A DNA stretch of 63,820 bases, counting the filler, from Craspedostauros australis (lineage: Eukaryota): the NCBI GenBank assembly GCA_030167865.1. It is 11 parts of 11 records of this genome, joined end to end, with 100 filler letters (N's around TTAATTAATTAA, not from the genome) between each part and the next. Parts side by side here need not be neighbours in the genome. Positions count along the whole stretch, not along the records: positions 1 to 8,167 come from JALAGF010001503.1; positions 8,268 to 12,403 come from JALAGF010001505.1; 9 more parts are not named here. The stretch is one strand, 5' to 3'. The position numbers were made by a program, and so were the translations under genes. Position 1 is the stretch's first letter; the number at the start of each line of letters is the position of its first letter. Shown here piece by piece: positions 1 through 11,005 of this stretch. The notes under the pieces are model-generated. The model was given only the letters and a program-made list of their open reading frames with translations, was not told the DNA's origin and did no database searches.

Positions 1-1065
1 ATCAAGGGTTCGGTTTTCGCACGACTGGTCGGGATTTAATCAAGACACAGTATTGCAGAGTCATTTTCGGAGTTTCTCCATGAATTACCCATAAATAACA
101 CTGGAAGCTATGACCTTCAACGAGTTCCTGAGAACGAAAATTTGATTCGAGAACATTCCTCTTGCGGGATCTTTTGTCATCGCAAAAACAACGAGTTTTG
201 ATTGGCTGGGTCAGTAGCCTCCAAGATTGACTAATTCGACCCATTTTGCCGGGTGTCCCAGAAGACCGTGAAGACACGAATTGTACTCTTCGTGGTCTTG
301 ACGTCGGGCTGGATGATATTAATGAAAGTACCAATGGTCATTTGTGCCTGGATGAAGGTGGCGATTGTGGTTGCGGACATCAAAGTTTGTTGTTGCGCAC
401 ATACGGGTCTCGTTGTGACGAAAACAACAAAATCCTCCCACCAATCATAGCCGGTGGAAAAGGACGAACAATGTGCTAACAGGAATGGTGTCAACAGAGA
501 GGCGCTGGGCGCTCTCTGTGTGAAGGAAATGAGGCCTTTTCCTCCTTGAACGAGGAGGAACACAACACAGCACCAAACACGACGCGCTGTTCGCGCGTCT
601 CTGCCCCCGTTTGACGAAGGCAAGCACCGCGGGTGTTCTTGTTGATACGAGGGCGATTGCGTGCACTCTCTGCACTGCCCTCCCCCGGTGGTCAAGAGGA
701 GGTAGTCGTAGTTGTCCCCAAAGCATCACTCTCGCGCAGCTTCTTCGCATCTTCACGGAACCAAACAAGACGAAACGAGGGGGCGAAGCTGGTTCACATG
801 TGTGTTGCAGGTCGTCCATTGCTCGGACTGCGCCAGAACTCTGTATCCATACCATCACTCTGATTTCTTGCATCGAGACGTCGTGTTGTGTTGCATTCAG
901 CACATCGCAGATTGAGTCCAACTCAGGTCAATCCAATTCAATTCAATTCAACTCAGCTCAGGTCTCAATCCTCAACCAAACTGGCACTAAGAACAGCCAT
1001 CGCCATCAACAGCACCATCGCCACCCGGTGAATGCCATACTCGTAGAGCATCAAGTAACAGCCCT

Positions 1066-1087
1066 CCTCTCTCTCTCTCTCTCTCTC
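1066..1087. repeat. (CT)n microsatellite just upstream of the cyclase-PDE start codon
   Basis: About 11 CT units read directly. Similar CT tracts occur near 8536-8555, 10078-10096 and 24836-24852. Confidence 0.85.
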
Positions 1088-1138
1088 CCGCTCCGTCTCC
1101 CCAGAGAGAACGCTGAAGCTGAAGCTGAAGCCAAAGCC

Positions 1139-4100
1139 ATGTCCCTCCGCAAAGAGCGAACAGCGCTGCTGATGAGGAATCACAGACGCAAGACACCTCA
1201 AGACCAACAGAGGCCCGACATGATCGACGAGGAGACTGGTGATGCTTCCGGGATCGCGACCAACGGCAGTAATGGCAGCAGCAATGGCAGCAGCAATGGC
1301 AGCAGCAATGACAAACCTGCGCAGACCAACCACAGATCGTCCTTCTGGCAGAGCAGGTTCTTGCTGTCGACGAACAGTGACGTGGAGATGGACAGCAACA
1401 CCAACAACACTAAGATCAACGCCAGGACGAGCTCAGCTGGGGCTGCTCGCGCCAATGCTTCGCGATCCCGGGCAGCGGCGGCCGGAGTCAGTCGGGATGA
1501 GGTCATGGGTGCGCTGCGGGCGACCAAGCGATCACCTTCATCCAACAACAACACCAAGAGCGACAAGAGCAACAAGAGCAACAACAACACCAACAATGGC
1601 AATGGCAATGGCAATGGCAACACCAGCGTGGATGAGAGCGACGCCAGCGATTCGTTCGCGGTGGCGTCCGACGGGGATGAGCGCAACAGCGACGCTCACT
1701 TTGACGATGTCGACGCCTACGAAGACGAGTTCTACTCCTTGAACGAAAACAGCAGTGGGGCCAACGACAGCGAGGAGGACGATGACGACGATGACGACCC
1801 CATGAGCTTATCCCGCAGACGCTTATCCCGCAGACGGAATCGGATCTCGGACTTCAGCAACGCAGGCAAAGGCAAAGGCAACAAGATCCGCAGGCGGAGC
1901 AGCCACGATTCCTCCATCTTCTACGAAGGCGCCTCCTTCGCCAGCGACCAGTCCGATCACTCCGCATCCGCATCCACATCCACGCGCAGCATGAATAGCG
2001 GGAGCAGACGCCGCAGAAGGCGGAAGCGCTTCCTGTCCTCCTCCTCCAAACGCTTCGTCAAACGCAACGGATTCGCAGCGCATCTCCTTCGTCAGCTCAT
2101 GAGCACCATCTTCATCTACATGGCCATCATCTTCCCCATCATCGTGCTCCTCATCATGCGGACGCAGCAGATCAATTCCCTGGAATCCGCCTTCGATTCC
2201 ATCGCCCTGCAGGTGCGTGACGAGACGCAGACCAAGTTCTATCAATTCCTCAACACCATGCACGGCCTCAGCGTTGCCAGCACCTCGCAGGGGCACTTCA
2301 ACGCGGCCAACAACTCCACATCGTGGCCCTTCGTGACGAACTGGGACTTCGACAAGGCGGGCGCGGCCGCCCTCCTTTCCAGCAACGCTATCTTCATCGG
2401 CTTTCATCCAAAGGTCAAGGAGGAACTCACGGGGCAATGGAACACCTACTCGGTACAGAACCATCAGAACTGGATCCCGCGCCAGTACTATCCAACCTAC
2501 GATGAGGAGCATCAGATATTTCCGCTTCTCTTTCCGCCCTTTGTCTACAGCGTCGAGAACGCCACCGTGCAGCCTGCGTACCGCCGCATCAACTACACCT
2601 CGAACTGCGATATGCACGGCAGCCGACGATCTCTGCAGCACCAGCATGGAGATCAGCATGGAGATCAGCATGGAGATCAGCATGGAGATCAGCATGGAGA
2701 TCAGCATGGAGATCAGCATGGAGATCAGCATCAAGATGAAGACCAAGGGCAGCATGGTGACCAACATGAAGAATCAAACACAACAACCTCATCATCGTTC
2801 CTGTACCCCACCTGGCAGATGGCACCCATCACCCCGCCCTACACCAACTTCAACCTTCTCGCGATCACCTCCAGCCGGCTACTCGAAACGCTCGAAAGCA
2901 ACGTGCCTTCAGCCGTCATTGGAAATCTGGAGCAGTACGATGCCGACGACGGCGGAGTTGCGGCGGCTTTCTACACGCCTCTTCTGCAGGCCAAGTTCGG
3001 CGGGGATGCGGTCTACCAGGGACAGCCCTCCAGCTGGATCTTCTACCCCATCTTCGAAGACTTCAATCCGGAAAAGGACGATCACGGTCACGACGACGAA
3101 CACGACGACGAACACGACGACGAACACGACGATGAACACGACGATGAACACGACGATGAACACGACGATGAACACGACGATGAACACGACAAAAAGTGCA
3201 GCGACCCAGACGACAAGACCCAGAACATCGTCGGCGTTTGGAGTGCCGTCATCTACTGGGAACTCCTCTTCAAGAACGTCCTGCCATCTAGCACCAAGCA
3301 CAGAGTCATGGTGGTCCTAGAAACGATGAACGTCACGTCCGGCGAAACCGCAAGCACCGTCTCCATCCTCATCTCGGGCGAGGAAACAACCTTCCTGGGT
3401 TACGATGACTTGCACGATCGAGCCTACCAGTATCTGCAAAGAACGTACAACATCTTGGACAACCATGGCAATCACCACCGCCACGTCCACTTCCCGTTCG
3501 GCCAGTCGCTCTTCACCTATTCCATCTCCGTCTATCCCACCGACGATCTCCGGAGCTTCTACGTCGACCACGTCCCCTACACGACGTCCTTATCCATCCT
3601 CCTCTTCTTCATCATCTTCATCGGCGCATCCTCGCAATACGACGTTCACGTCCAGGAACGCCTCAAGCGGGCACTCAAGAAGTCCAAGGCCGACCAGCGC
3701 ATCGTCAACCAGATCTTCCCCAAGCAATTCAGAAAGCGGCTACTGCACAAGCCCAAGCTGAACGCCAAGCTGGTGGCAGGTCAAGGTGGTGCCATGGCCC
3801 TGTCCTCCATGCACAACGAGCTCTCCAAGTCCACGCATCACAAGATGGAACGCCGCGGCAGCCTCAACTCCATGGCGTCTCGCAAGAAGAAGAAGAAGTA
3901 CCTCACATTGGATTCGGATCACGGCGTGCGGGTCAAAAGCGGTAGCATCATGGGCAACAACCGTGGCAACAACGAAGGTCTCAACACATCCCTGCATCCC
4001 AAGGATCAACTCAAGAACTTCCTGCAAGACGTGCCCTCCACCGAATTCATGCTCGACGATAACGATGACGACGGTCTGGAGGATCACCGCAGCAGGGGCT

Positions 4101-7100
4101 CTTCGGACCCAGCGGCATCGCACACCAGCCAGGGTGGTAACACTGCCAGCAACACGGGTCTGTCACAGCAGGAGATCATGGAGATCCTTTCGATCCAACC
4201 CATCGCCGACTACTTCCCCGCCTGCACCGTGCTCTTTGCCGACGTCACGGGATTCTCAGCCTGGAGTTCCGAACGCGAACCAGAGCACGTCTTCATCTTG
4301 CTGGAAACGCTCTTCCAATCCATGGACCGCATCGCTCGGCGGCGTCGTGTTTTCAAGGTCGAAACAGTCGGCGACTCCTACATGGCCGTCACTGGTTTGC
4401 CAGATCCGCAGGCCGACCATGCCGTGCGCATGGCGCGGTTTGCGAGGGATTGCATGACGCACGTCCATCAGGAAACGAAGCAGTTGGAGAGTTCCTTGGG
4501 TCCCGACACTGGGGAGCTGCGATTGCGAATCGGAATGCACAGCGGTCCTGTTACGGCGGGCGTGCTGCGTGGTGCCAAGTCGCGATTCCAGCTCTTCGGC
4601 GACACCGTCAACACCGCCGCACGCATGGAGTCCACCTCCTTGAGCAACCGCATCCAAATCTCAGAGTCGACGGCGAACTTGCTCAAGGGTGGCGGCAAGG
4701 CGGTCTGGATCAAACCACGTACGGACGTCGTGCACGCGAAGGGGAAGGGAGACTTGCAGACGTACTGGCTGGCCTTACAGCAGCGCACCTCGAGCGGCGA
4801 TGCCACAGTCTCCAGCAACACCGGATCCACAGGCAGGGGCAACCTGAAGGCCAGCAGGCCCAGGAGACGAACCGACAGCTCCGGCAGCGTGAATTCGTTC
4901 GTCGAGAGCAGCGGCACCATGTCCGTTTCCTCCGGGTCGATCTCCACGACGGACTCCAGCTTGCATTCGACCGACGACCACACCCACAGCGATATCGAGG
5001 CCGCCACGTTCGCGCGCAGCTACAGCCAGCCGCAGGAATCATTCCATAACGTGGCCAAGAATTCCAGAATGATTGACTGGCTGTCCGATATCATGATATC
5101 GTACATCAAGAAGATCGAAGCGCAACGTCGTGATTACATGATCGCACGGCACAACCACGAGACCACATCGTCAACTTCTGGTGCGCACCCGTTGGAGGTC
5201 CTGCAGCCGCTCGGGCGCCCCGATCACTGTCTCCCAACCAAGGACATGGTGTTGGATGAAGTCGTGGAGACCTTCACCTTCATGCCGACTGCACACAACA
5301 TCATCCGGACTCGCACCGACCCGGAATCCATCCGTCTGAGCGACGCCGTGATTGACCAGGTCCGCGATTTCGTGCGTGCCATCTCGATGCTGTATCGTCA
5401 GAATCCCTTCCACAACTTCGACCACTGCAGCCATGTCACGCAATCGGCGACCAAACTGCTGAAGCGGATCGTCAACCCCAAACGCCATCAGCAAGGCAAA
5501 CACATGCGGCAAAATGCAAATGGTGACATCGATTCTGTCGATGACGGCACCGAGTTGAAGGACCAGCGCAATTTGCACCATCAGACGCATGGCATCGCGG
5601 CGGATGCCTTGGCGCAGTTCGCCGTCGTCTTCTGCAGTTTGATCCACGATGTGGATCACCCCGGTGTTCCCAATGCGCAGATGTCCATTGAAAACCCAGC
5701 CTTGGGTCAGCGATACAAGAACCAAAGCGTGGCCGAACAAAACTCGGTGGACATTGCATGGGATCTGTTGATGCAATCCGAATTCACGCAGCTGCAACGG
5801 TGCATCTTCAGCAATCAGATGGAGTTGAAGCGATTCCGACAGTACGTCGTCAACATGGTCATGGCGACGGATATCTTCAATCCAGTAATGAAGAGCTTGC
5901 GAAACGAACGGTGGTATCGAGTGTTCCCTGCGTCCGATGAAAGCAATGGAGATGGTGGCAACGATGCCAATGCGAATGCGAATGTGACTGTGGCCACAGC
6001 CTCGGATGATGCGCAGAACAGTGTCGTGAGCGCGAACAGCAGCAACGCCAACCAGGCAACATCTGTGTCGTCGCAAGGCAAGCAGTTGGAGAAGCAACAG
6101 TCTGATGTCAGCAGCAAAAAAGATACGAAGAATACATCGCGCAAGGCCACGATTGTTCTGGAGCACATCATCCAGGCAGCCGATGTCAGTCACACCATGC
6201 AGCATTGGAACGTCTACAAGAAGTGGAATGAACGCCTGTTCCGCGAAATGTACCACGCCTACAGAGACGGACGGGCGCAGCGCGATCCATCGGAGGGTTG
6301 GTACAAGGGTGAACTGTGGTTCTTTGACAACTACATTATCCCGCTGGCGCAAAAGCTGGAGCGATGTGGTGTGTTCGGCGTGAGTTCCGACGAATGCCTT
6401 ATCTACGCTCTTGAGAATCGCAAGGAATGGGCGATGAAGGGAGAAAAGATCGTGGAGGACATGATGGCCACATTGAAGGAACCCGAGTCGGCCCCTCCTC
6501 CCATCAAGATCGCTGGGTATGACTTGTCAGATGTGAAGACCCTGGAAACAGACAAGCTCGTGAAGTCCATCAAGGATCTCATTCGCCGCGGCCGTTACCT
6601 GGGAACCTTCAAATCCGAGGGCAAGAAGGACGGGCAGATCCGTGCAGCCAAGAGCTGGATGGAGGCGTTGCATCTTCACGAAACGTGCCCTTCCAGCAAG
6701 GGCATCATGGACCTGTCCATAGTGCTGCCCATCTACTCAGGGATCCTCGTTTTCCTCAAGGCCGGGGCGTTAGTGCAAGATCCCACAGGGAACTTCGAGT
6801 GGAACATGGTCTCGCGTTTCGTCAAGGAGGCGAAGCGAGATGGCAGCACCGTGCACATCGCTCGCGCATTGGCGGCACAGTGCGAATCCATGGCTCGGCG
6901 CGGGGACTACATTTCGGCACTGAATACATTCAAGAGCCTGACCGTGATCTACGATCCAAGGGAGCATTCGGCGGCGATCAGCAAGATCTACGGAACGGAC
7001 CGCGCAGCGCAGGCATACTCGCAGCGGGCACTGTGGTTGGATGCCATCGGAGAGACGAACGGCAGCATATCCGCCTGTCACATTGTCCTCAAGGACATTC

Positions 7101-8134
7101 TTCCTCACATGGACCCCAAAAACGTGCTCAACACATTCGAGTTGCTTTATCCAGTGCTTTCCATCCTCAAGAAGCACGGCGCAGCCGCACAGGTCCGCGA
7201 TGTGTTCTCCAGAAGCGTCGTCGACAACTTTGCCAGCCACAAGCTCATGACGTCGATGTGCCGCCCGATGTTCCTTCCCATCCTCATGGCGTTGGATCTC
7301 TCATCTCCGGATCCGCAAGAAGTGAACGACCGGGCAGCGGACATCCTGGAATACCTGATCATCAAGATGAACAGCAGAGCCGACGGCGACGGCAAGGACG
7401 CCGCCGACGAGACTGCTGTTGTCCCAAATGGAAGCCTGCGCATCGATCCATTCTTGGACAGGCTCTACGGACGGCTGGGATGGTCTCCGAACTCCATCAT
7501 GACAGAGCTCTGCCTTAAGGTCGCCAAGTATCTGATATCGATCCGCCCGTCATCGACGCCGCCTCCTACCACTCCACAAGTGGCGATGCACGACTCAAGC
7601 AAGAGCGAGGGGCTCACCGCTCCCGTCACAAGCGATTCCAGCGACAGCAACGCAAGTCAAGAACATGGGGCGCCTGATGGTTCTCGTCCAACACCCAACA
7701 CCGCGAGCAACGAACGCAACGAACGCAACGAAGAGCTGATCCAGATCCTTCTGAAGCGTGCACTCGCCTTGTCGCGGTTGGTGGAGAAGGAGCACAAGCA
7801 GCACGTCCCGTTTCCCAAATCAAGCGGAACTGGCACCGATACATCCAAGGCAGCCAGCAGCAAGAAAAACCACGAGAACGGCCCGAACACGAACTTTTCG
7901 ATTGCGTACAAGTTCCATCGGCCGATCATGAAGGATCTGTACGCAGTGGCGAGGCAGGAGATGGGAGATATGGCTTGGCAGGAATACAGCGATGGCGATG
8001 AGCCGGTCGCCGCACCAGCAGCGGCAGCAGCGCCATCGGTAGCAGCCGAAGATGCGGCGTCCTCATCGATGGATCCGCATTACGCAATCGAATGCGCCCT
8101 TGGCGTGTTACGTCTTCGAAGTCTGACTGAGTAG
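1139..8134 (+). CDS. Receptor-type class III nucleotide (guanylate/adenylate) cyclase fused to a class I cyclic-nucleotide phosphodiesterase, with a C-terminal helical (TPR-like) region; 2331 aa, apparently intronless
   Basis: First ATG in the long ORF is at 1139. TM1 (~2108-2159), CHASE-like ectodomain (SWPFVT), TM2 (~3581-3632). Cyclase ~4199-4770: TVLFADVTGFS, FKVETVGDSY, RIGMHSGPV, FQLFGDTVNTAARMES. PDE ~5396-6430: NPFHNFDH, LIHDVDHPG, ATDIF, QAADVSH. Confidence 0.93.
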   Translation: MSLRKERTALLMRNHRRKTPQDQQRPDMIDEETGDASGIATNGSNGSSNGSSNGSSNDKPAQTNHRSSFWQSRFLLSTNSDVEMDSNTNNTKINARTSSAGAARANASRSRAAAAGVSRDEVMGALRATKRSPSSNNNTKSDKSNKSNNNTNNGNGNGNGNTSVDESDASDSFAVASDGDERNSDAHFDDVDAYEDEFYSLNENSSGANDSEEDDDDDDDPMSLSRRRLSRRRNRISDFSNAGKGKGNKIRRRSSHDSSIFYEGASFASDQSDHSASASTSTRSMNSGSRRRRRRKRFLSSSSKRFVKRNGFAAHLLRQLMSTIFIYMAIIFPIIVLLIMRTQQINSLESAFDSIALQVRDETQTKFYQFLNTMHGLSVASTSQGHFNAANNSTSWPFVTNWDFDKAGAAALLSSNAIFIGFHPKVKEELTGQWNTYSVQNHQNWIPRQYYPTYDEEHQIFPLLFPPFVYSVENATVQPAYRRINYTSNCDMHGSRRSLQHQHGDQHGDQHGDQHGDQHGDQHGDQHGDQHQDEDQGQHGDQHEESNTTTSSSFLYPTWQMAPITPPYTNFNLLAITSSRLLETLESNVPSAVIGNLEQYDADDGGVAAAFYTPLLQAKFGGDAVYQGQPSSWIFYPIFEDFNPEKDDHGHDDEHDDEHDDEHDDEHDDEHDDEHDDEHDDEHDKKCSDPDDKTQNIVGVWSAVIYWELLFKNVLPSSTKHRVMVVLETMNVTSGETASTVSILISGEETTFLGYDDLHDRAYQYLQRTYNILDNHGNHHRHVHFPFGQSLFTYSISVYPTDDLRSFYVDHVPYTTSLSILLFFIIFIGASSQYDVHVQERLKRALKKSKADQRIVNQIFPKQFRKRLLHKPKLNAKLVAGQGGAMALSSMHNELSKSTHHKMERRGSLNSMASRKKKKKYLTLDSDHGVRVKSGSIMGNNRGNNEGLNTSLHPKDQLKNFLQDVPSTEFMLDDNDDDGLEDHRSRGSSDPAASHTSQGGNTASNTGLSQQEIMEILSIQPIADYFPACTVLFADVTGFSAWSSEREPEHVFILLETLFQSMDRIARRRRVFKVETVGDSYMAVTGLPDPQADHAVRMARFARDCMTHVHQETKQLESSLGPDTGELRLRIGMHSGPVTAGVLRGAKSRFQLFGDTVNTAARMESTSLSNRIQISESTANLLKGGGKAVWIKPRTDVVHAKGKGDLQTYWLALQQRTSSGDATVSSNTGSTGRGNLKASRPRRRTDSSGSVNSFVESSGTMSVSSGSISTTDSSLHSTDDHTHSDIEAATFARSYSQPQESFHNVAKNSRMIDWLSDIMISYIKKIEAQRRDYMIARHNHETTSSTSGAHPLEVLQPLGRPDHCLPTKDMVLDEVVETFTFMPTAHNIIRTRTDPESIRLSDAVIDQVRDFVRAISMLYRQNPFHNFDHCSHVTQSATKLLKRIVNPKRHQQGKHMRQNANGDIDSVDDGTELKDQRNLHHQTHGIAADALAQFAVVFCSLIHDVDHPGVPNAQMSIENPALGQRYKNQSVAEQNSVDIAWDLLMQSEFTQLQRCIFSNQMELKRFRQYVVNMVMATDIFNPVMKSLRNERWYRVFPASDESNGDGGNDANANANVTVATASDDAQNSVVSANSSNANQATSVSSQGKQLEKQQSDVSSKKDTKNTSRKATIVLEHIIQAADVSHTMQHWNVYKKWNERLFREMYHAYRDGRAQRDPSEGWYKGELWFFDNYIIPLAQKLERCGVFGVSSDECLIYALENRKEWAMKGEKIVEDMMATLKEPESAPPPIKIAGYDLSDVKTLETDKLVKSIKDLIRRGRYLGTFKSEGKKDGQIRAAKSWMEALHLHETCPSSKGIMDLSIVLPIYSGILVFLKAGALVQDPTGNFEWNMVSRFVKEAKRDGSTVHIARALAAQCESMARRGDYISALNTFKSLTVIYDPREHSAAISKIYGTDRAAQAYSQRALWLDAIGETNGSISACHIVLKDILPHMDPKNVLNTFELLYPVLSILKKHGAAAQVRDVFSRSVVDNFASHKLMTSMCRPMFLPILMALDLSSPDPQEVNDRAADILEYLIIKMNSRADGDGKDAADETAVVPNGSLRIDPFLDRLYGRLGWSPNSIMTELCLKVAKYLISIRPSSTPPPTTPQVAMHDSSKSEGLTAPVTSDSSDSNASQEHGAPDGSRPTPNTASNERNERNEELIQILLKRALALSRLVEKEHKQHVPFPKSSGTGTDTSKAASSKKNHENGPNTNFSIAYKFHRPIMKDLYAVARQEMGDMAWQEYSDGDEPVAAPAAAAAPSVAAEDAASSSMDPHYAIECALGVLRLRSLTE
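2642..2725 (+). repeat. Coding minisatellite, 7 x CAGCATGGAGAT, encoding (QHGD)7
   Basis: Seven perfect 12-bp copies, followed by degenerate copies, in frame within the cyclase ectodomain. Confidence 0.97.
3089..3184 (+). repeat. Coding minisatellite, 8 x CACGACGAYGAA, encoding (HDDE)8
   Basis: Three copies with GAC then five with GAT, in frame within the cyclase ectodomain. Confidence 0.97.
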
Positions 8135-8167
8135 ATCACTACGGCCACGAACGTACGAGTAGAGTAC

Positions 8168-8267
8168 NNNNNNNNNNNNNNNNNNNNNNNNNNNNNNNNN
8201 NNNNNNNNNNNTTAATTAATTAANNNNNNNNNNNNNNNNNNNNNNNNNNNNNNNNNNNNNNNNNNNN
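8168..8267. other. Artificial contig spacer N44-TTAATTAATTAA-N44 (stop codons in all six frames); first of ten
   Basis: Identical 100-nt spacers at 8168-8267, 12404-12503, 24966-25065, 28087-28186, 30287-30386, 32533-32632, 34995-35094, 36133-36232, 57764-57863 and 61541-61640. Confidence 0.99.
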
Positions 8268-10914
8268 GCTGTGATCGATGAACTAATAGTCCATGTGCGC
8301 CAAAGCGCACGACACGCTCCCTTTGGGAAGTGTACCACTATTCAACTCTTCGCCCTTCTTCCTCCTCCCAAACAAACATCGAAACTGCTGTGGGGTGGCC
8401 ATTTGGCTCTCACATTTTGGCGACACGTGATGGGCGATTTGCGAAACGGAACAAGACGAACGCTGATGGTGAAGTCCGGGGGCATGACTATTCCAACCAA
8501 AAGAGCAATGCCCCACCTCAGAGTGCAGGTATTCCCCTCTCTCTCTCTCTCTCTCCAGAAACAAACAGAACAGATAAAAGTAAAGCAATCTCTTGTCGTG
8601 TGCTCTGTGATACCCCTGCTCTTGAACACTGTGATACTATACGTCTCAGGGCATGTATCTACTCGTGAACTGCTCATGTCTCCGACAGGGTCCAAGAAAG
8701 TCAGCAAAGGCACGAACATTGCAAACGCAATGCAAATGCAAATGACTGTGTCACGCTCCATCTTTCGCACTCTTGGGAGTCTGTGGTACTGCCTCATGGG
8801 TGCAAATAGACATGCCCGCCCTTTCCGATGTTCCTGGGATCAGCATCTCTCCCAGAAGATGATCGCCGGAGGGTGGAAACTCACTCCCTGGCGAGATCCA
8901 TTCGGGACAGCACATGACGTGCCAAGTGTGCGCTCTTTTGTAGAGTATTCTCCTCTGGAGAGGACTCTGTCTGTCTGTCTCTCTTTGTGTATGAGTTTGT
9001 AGGTATTGGTAGAGAGAGGCGCCTCTCCCGCATTCGATCCTCGTGCAATGAACAGTGAAGTTCCTGATGAGACACACATTGCACATTCTCGCCAATAGCC
9101 ATTTTCGGGATGCCATGTTACGTTGGACGCATGGTGCTCGTGCGAGGAGTTTCGCAGTGACCACCGTGCATGCACGTGTGCAGAGTTCAAGCATCGCGAG
9201 TCACGAACCGGAGTTGGCGCTGCCGTCAAAGAAGCCCAACATCCTTCACACCTCCTTCTCACAGGAAGCAATCCTCGGCAAACAGATGTGTAGTAACTTG
9301 CCTCTTCTCTACTCAGCGCTCTTCTCTTCTTCCTCGTCGAACGATCTAAGTCCTCCCTCTTCGTAGGTCCTCGCGAGGATGTACTCCACTTTGGCACAAG
9401 CACGTTTCTTTACGACCAGGAGGCTTACTCCGATGATGGGACAATGCTCGTGATTGCAAAAGCGTGATATGTTTTGTGGCATGTATGTATGTACGTATGT
9501 ACGAGTACGGCAGAGATCTCGGTGCTTGATCTCCAAACTACCAATGCGCTTTGCATAGAGTCAAGTATCTCAGCGAACAACACATCCCTGCAAAGAGGCA
9601 GAAAAAAGAACTGGCGGTGTGTGTGTATTTATCCGAGCACAGTGTATGCTGGTACTCTTTGTTCGGTTTGGTCTTGGATTTGGTGACACGCATTGCCTTC
9701 ACACCGAAAAGGTTGGTGCTGTGTCTCCACGAGGGCTTGCGCCTGGGAATCGTCGCCTTGCGGAAGTCTCCGACAAAAACGCACGCGCGTTGACGAGCCA
9801 CTCTTCACGGTTCGCGCCGTGTAGCACCATCGCGGAGCCAGCGGTTTCGTTTCAGACCCACCCGTAACGTGTCCTTCGTCGTCGTCATAAATGCCATTTC
9901 TGTTCCATCAAAATCGAAATCCAGCGGAATACTCTAATAGGCCAATTGGAATCAGATTTGAGCCTATTGTTGTGACACGGAAGCAATACGAACGGACTTT
10001 TGGATAATTGTGTGCTACCACCAAGAACCAAGACGAAACTCGGGCGCACTCTTGTTCGCGCTCCGCTCCGCTCCGATGCTCTCTCTCTCTCTCTCTGGAG
10101 TCTCACTCTTGTCCACAAAGCTCTGATCTTGACGTCTCTGAAACTGCCATGTGAATTTAGTATCGGCTTGGCATCCCATGCTTAACCCGACTCGGGCCAA
10201 GATTGTGGAGTTCTGCGCGTTTGTTAGTGCGGTTGTCTGGAGTATCATTCTCTATCTAGACTGATATGACAGGTAGAACGTTTTGCTTTGGAAGTCGACT
10301 CACCTGATCCATGCGAATCAGCTGACCAGAAACTTGGTTTGTAAACCGATTCAGGGTTCGCAAGTACGATCATGCGGATTATTACGAAAAGAACTTTGAC
10401 CATACTATGATTTGTAGAGAGTACATGTGTGAAGTGACAATCTCCGATCCATGTCGTTAATGAGTGCATGTTTTCGCATTCGTCTAGGACTACACACGCC
10501 GAGCATAATAGAGCTAAACTAGTACCCATCTTAGAGAGAGACTACGAATCACTCGACCTGTCAGCAATCCAGTAGATCGAATGAATACTTCACCGGCCCC
10601 CACGTTTGGGGACAGATCCAGAACATTGAAGCAGATCTTTGGAACCCGTGTCAGGGAACCAATAGGGTTCCGATAACCGAGCCACTGACACCCACCATTG
10701 CCAAAACACCGACACAGGGAAACAGTACCCCAGCAATGCAAATCATTGCACTTTGTCTCTCACAGAACTGCCCTAGACGGCTGGCTAGATAGACTATTGG
10801 TGACACAAGACCTAGACTTGTGCACAATAGATACTAGTCATGAATAAGTCACCCAAGCAATCACATTGTTAGTCTCACCTACGAGTCGTGTTAACAATCC
10901 ATCCAGTCGGATCG

Positions 10915-11005
10915 GTCAAGATTCGAACTGAAGTCGGATTAGTCAAGACTCGAACTGAAGTCGGATTAGTCAAGACTCGAACTGAAGTCAGATGAGTCAA
11001 GATTC
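10915..11005. repeat. 27-bp tandem repeat (GTCAAGACTCGAACTGAAGTCGGATTA), about 3.4 copies
   Basis: Units begin at 10915, 10942, 10969 and 10996 (partial), with few mismatches. Confidence 0.9.

Noticed and set aside
611..1138. TTG-initiated 176-aa N-terminal extension of the cyclase-PDE ORF
   Set aside because: Eukaryotic gene; the region contains CT and CAATT microsatellites typical of a promoter or 5' UTR, and the first ATG is at 1139.
2642..3184. Short direct repeats as a possible CRISPR array
   Set aside because: Head-to-tail 12-bp units with no spacers, in frame inside a CDS, and no cas genes. The 27-bp repeat at 10915 also lacks spacers.
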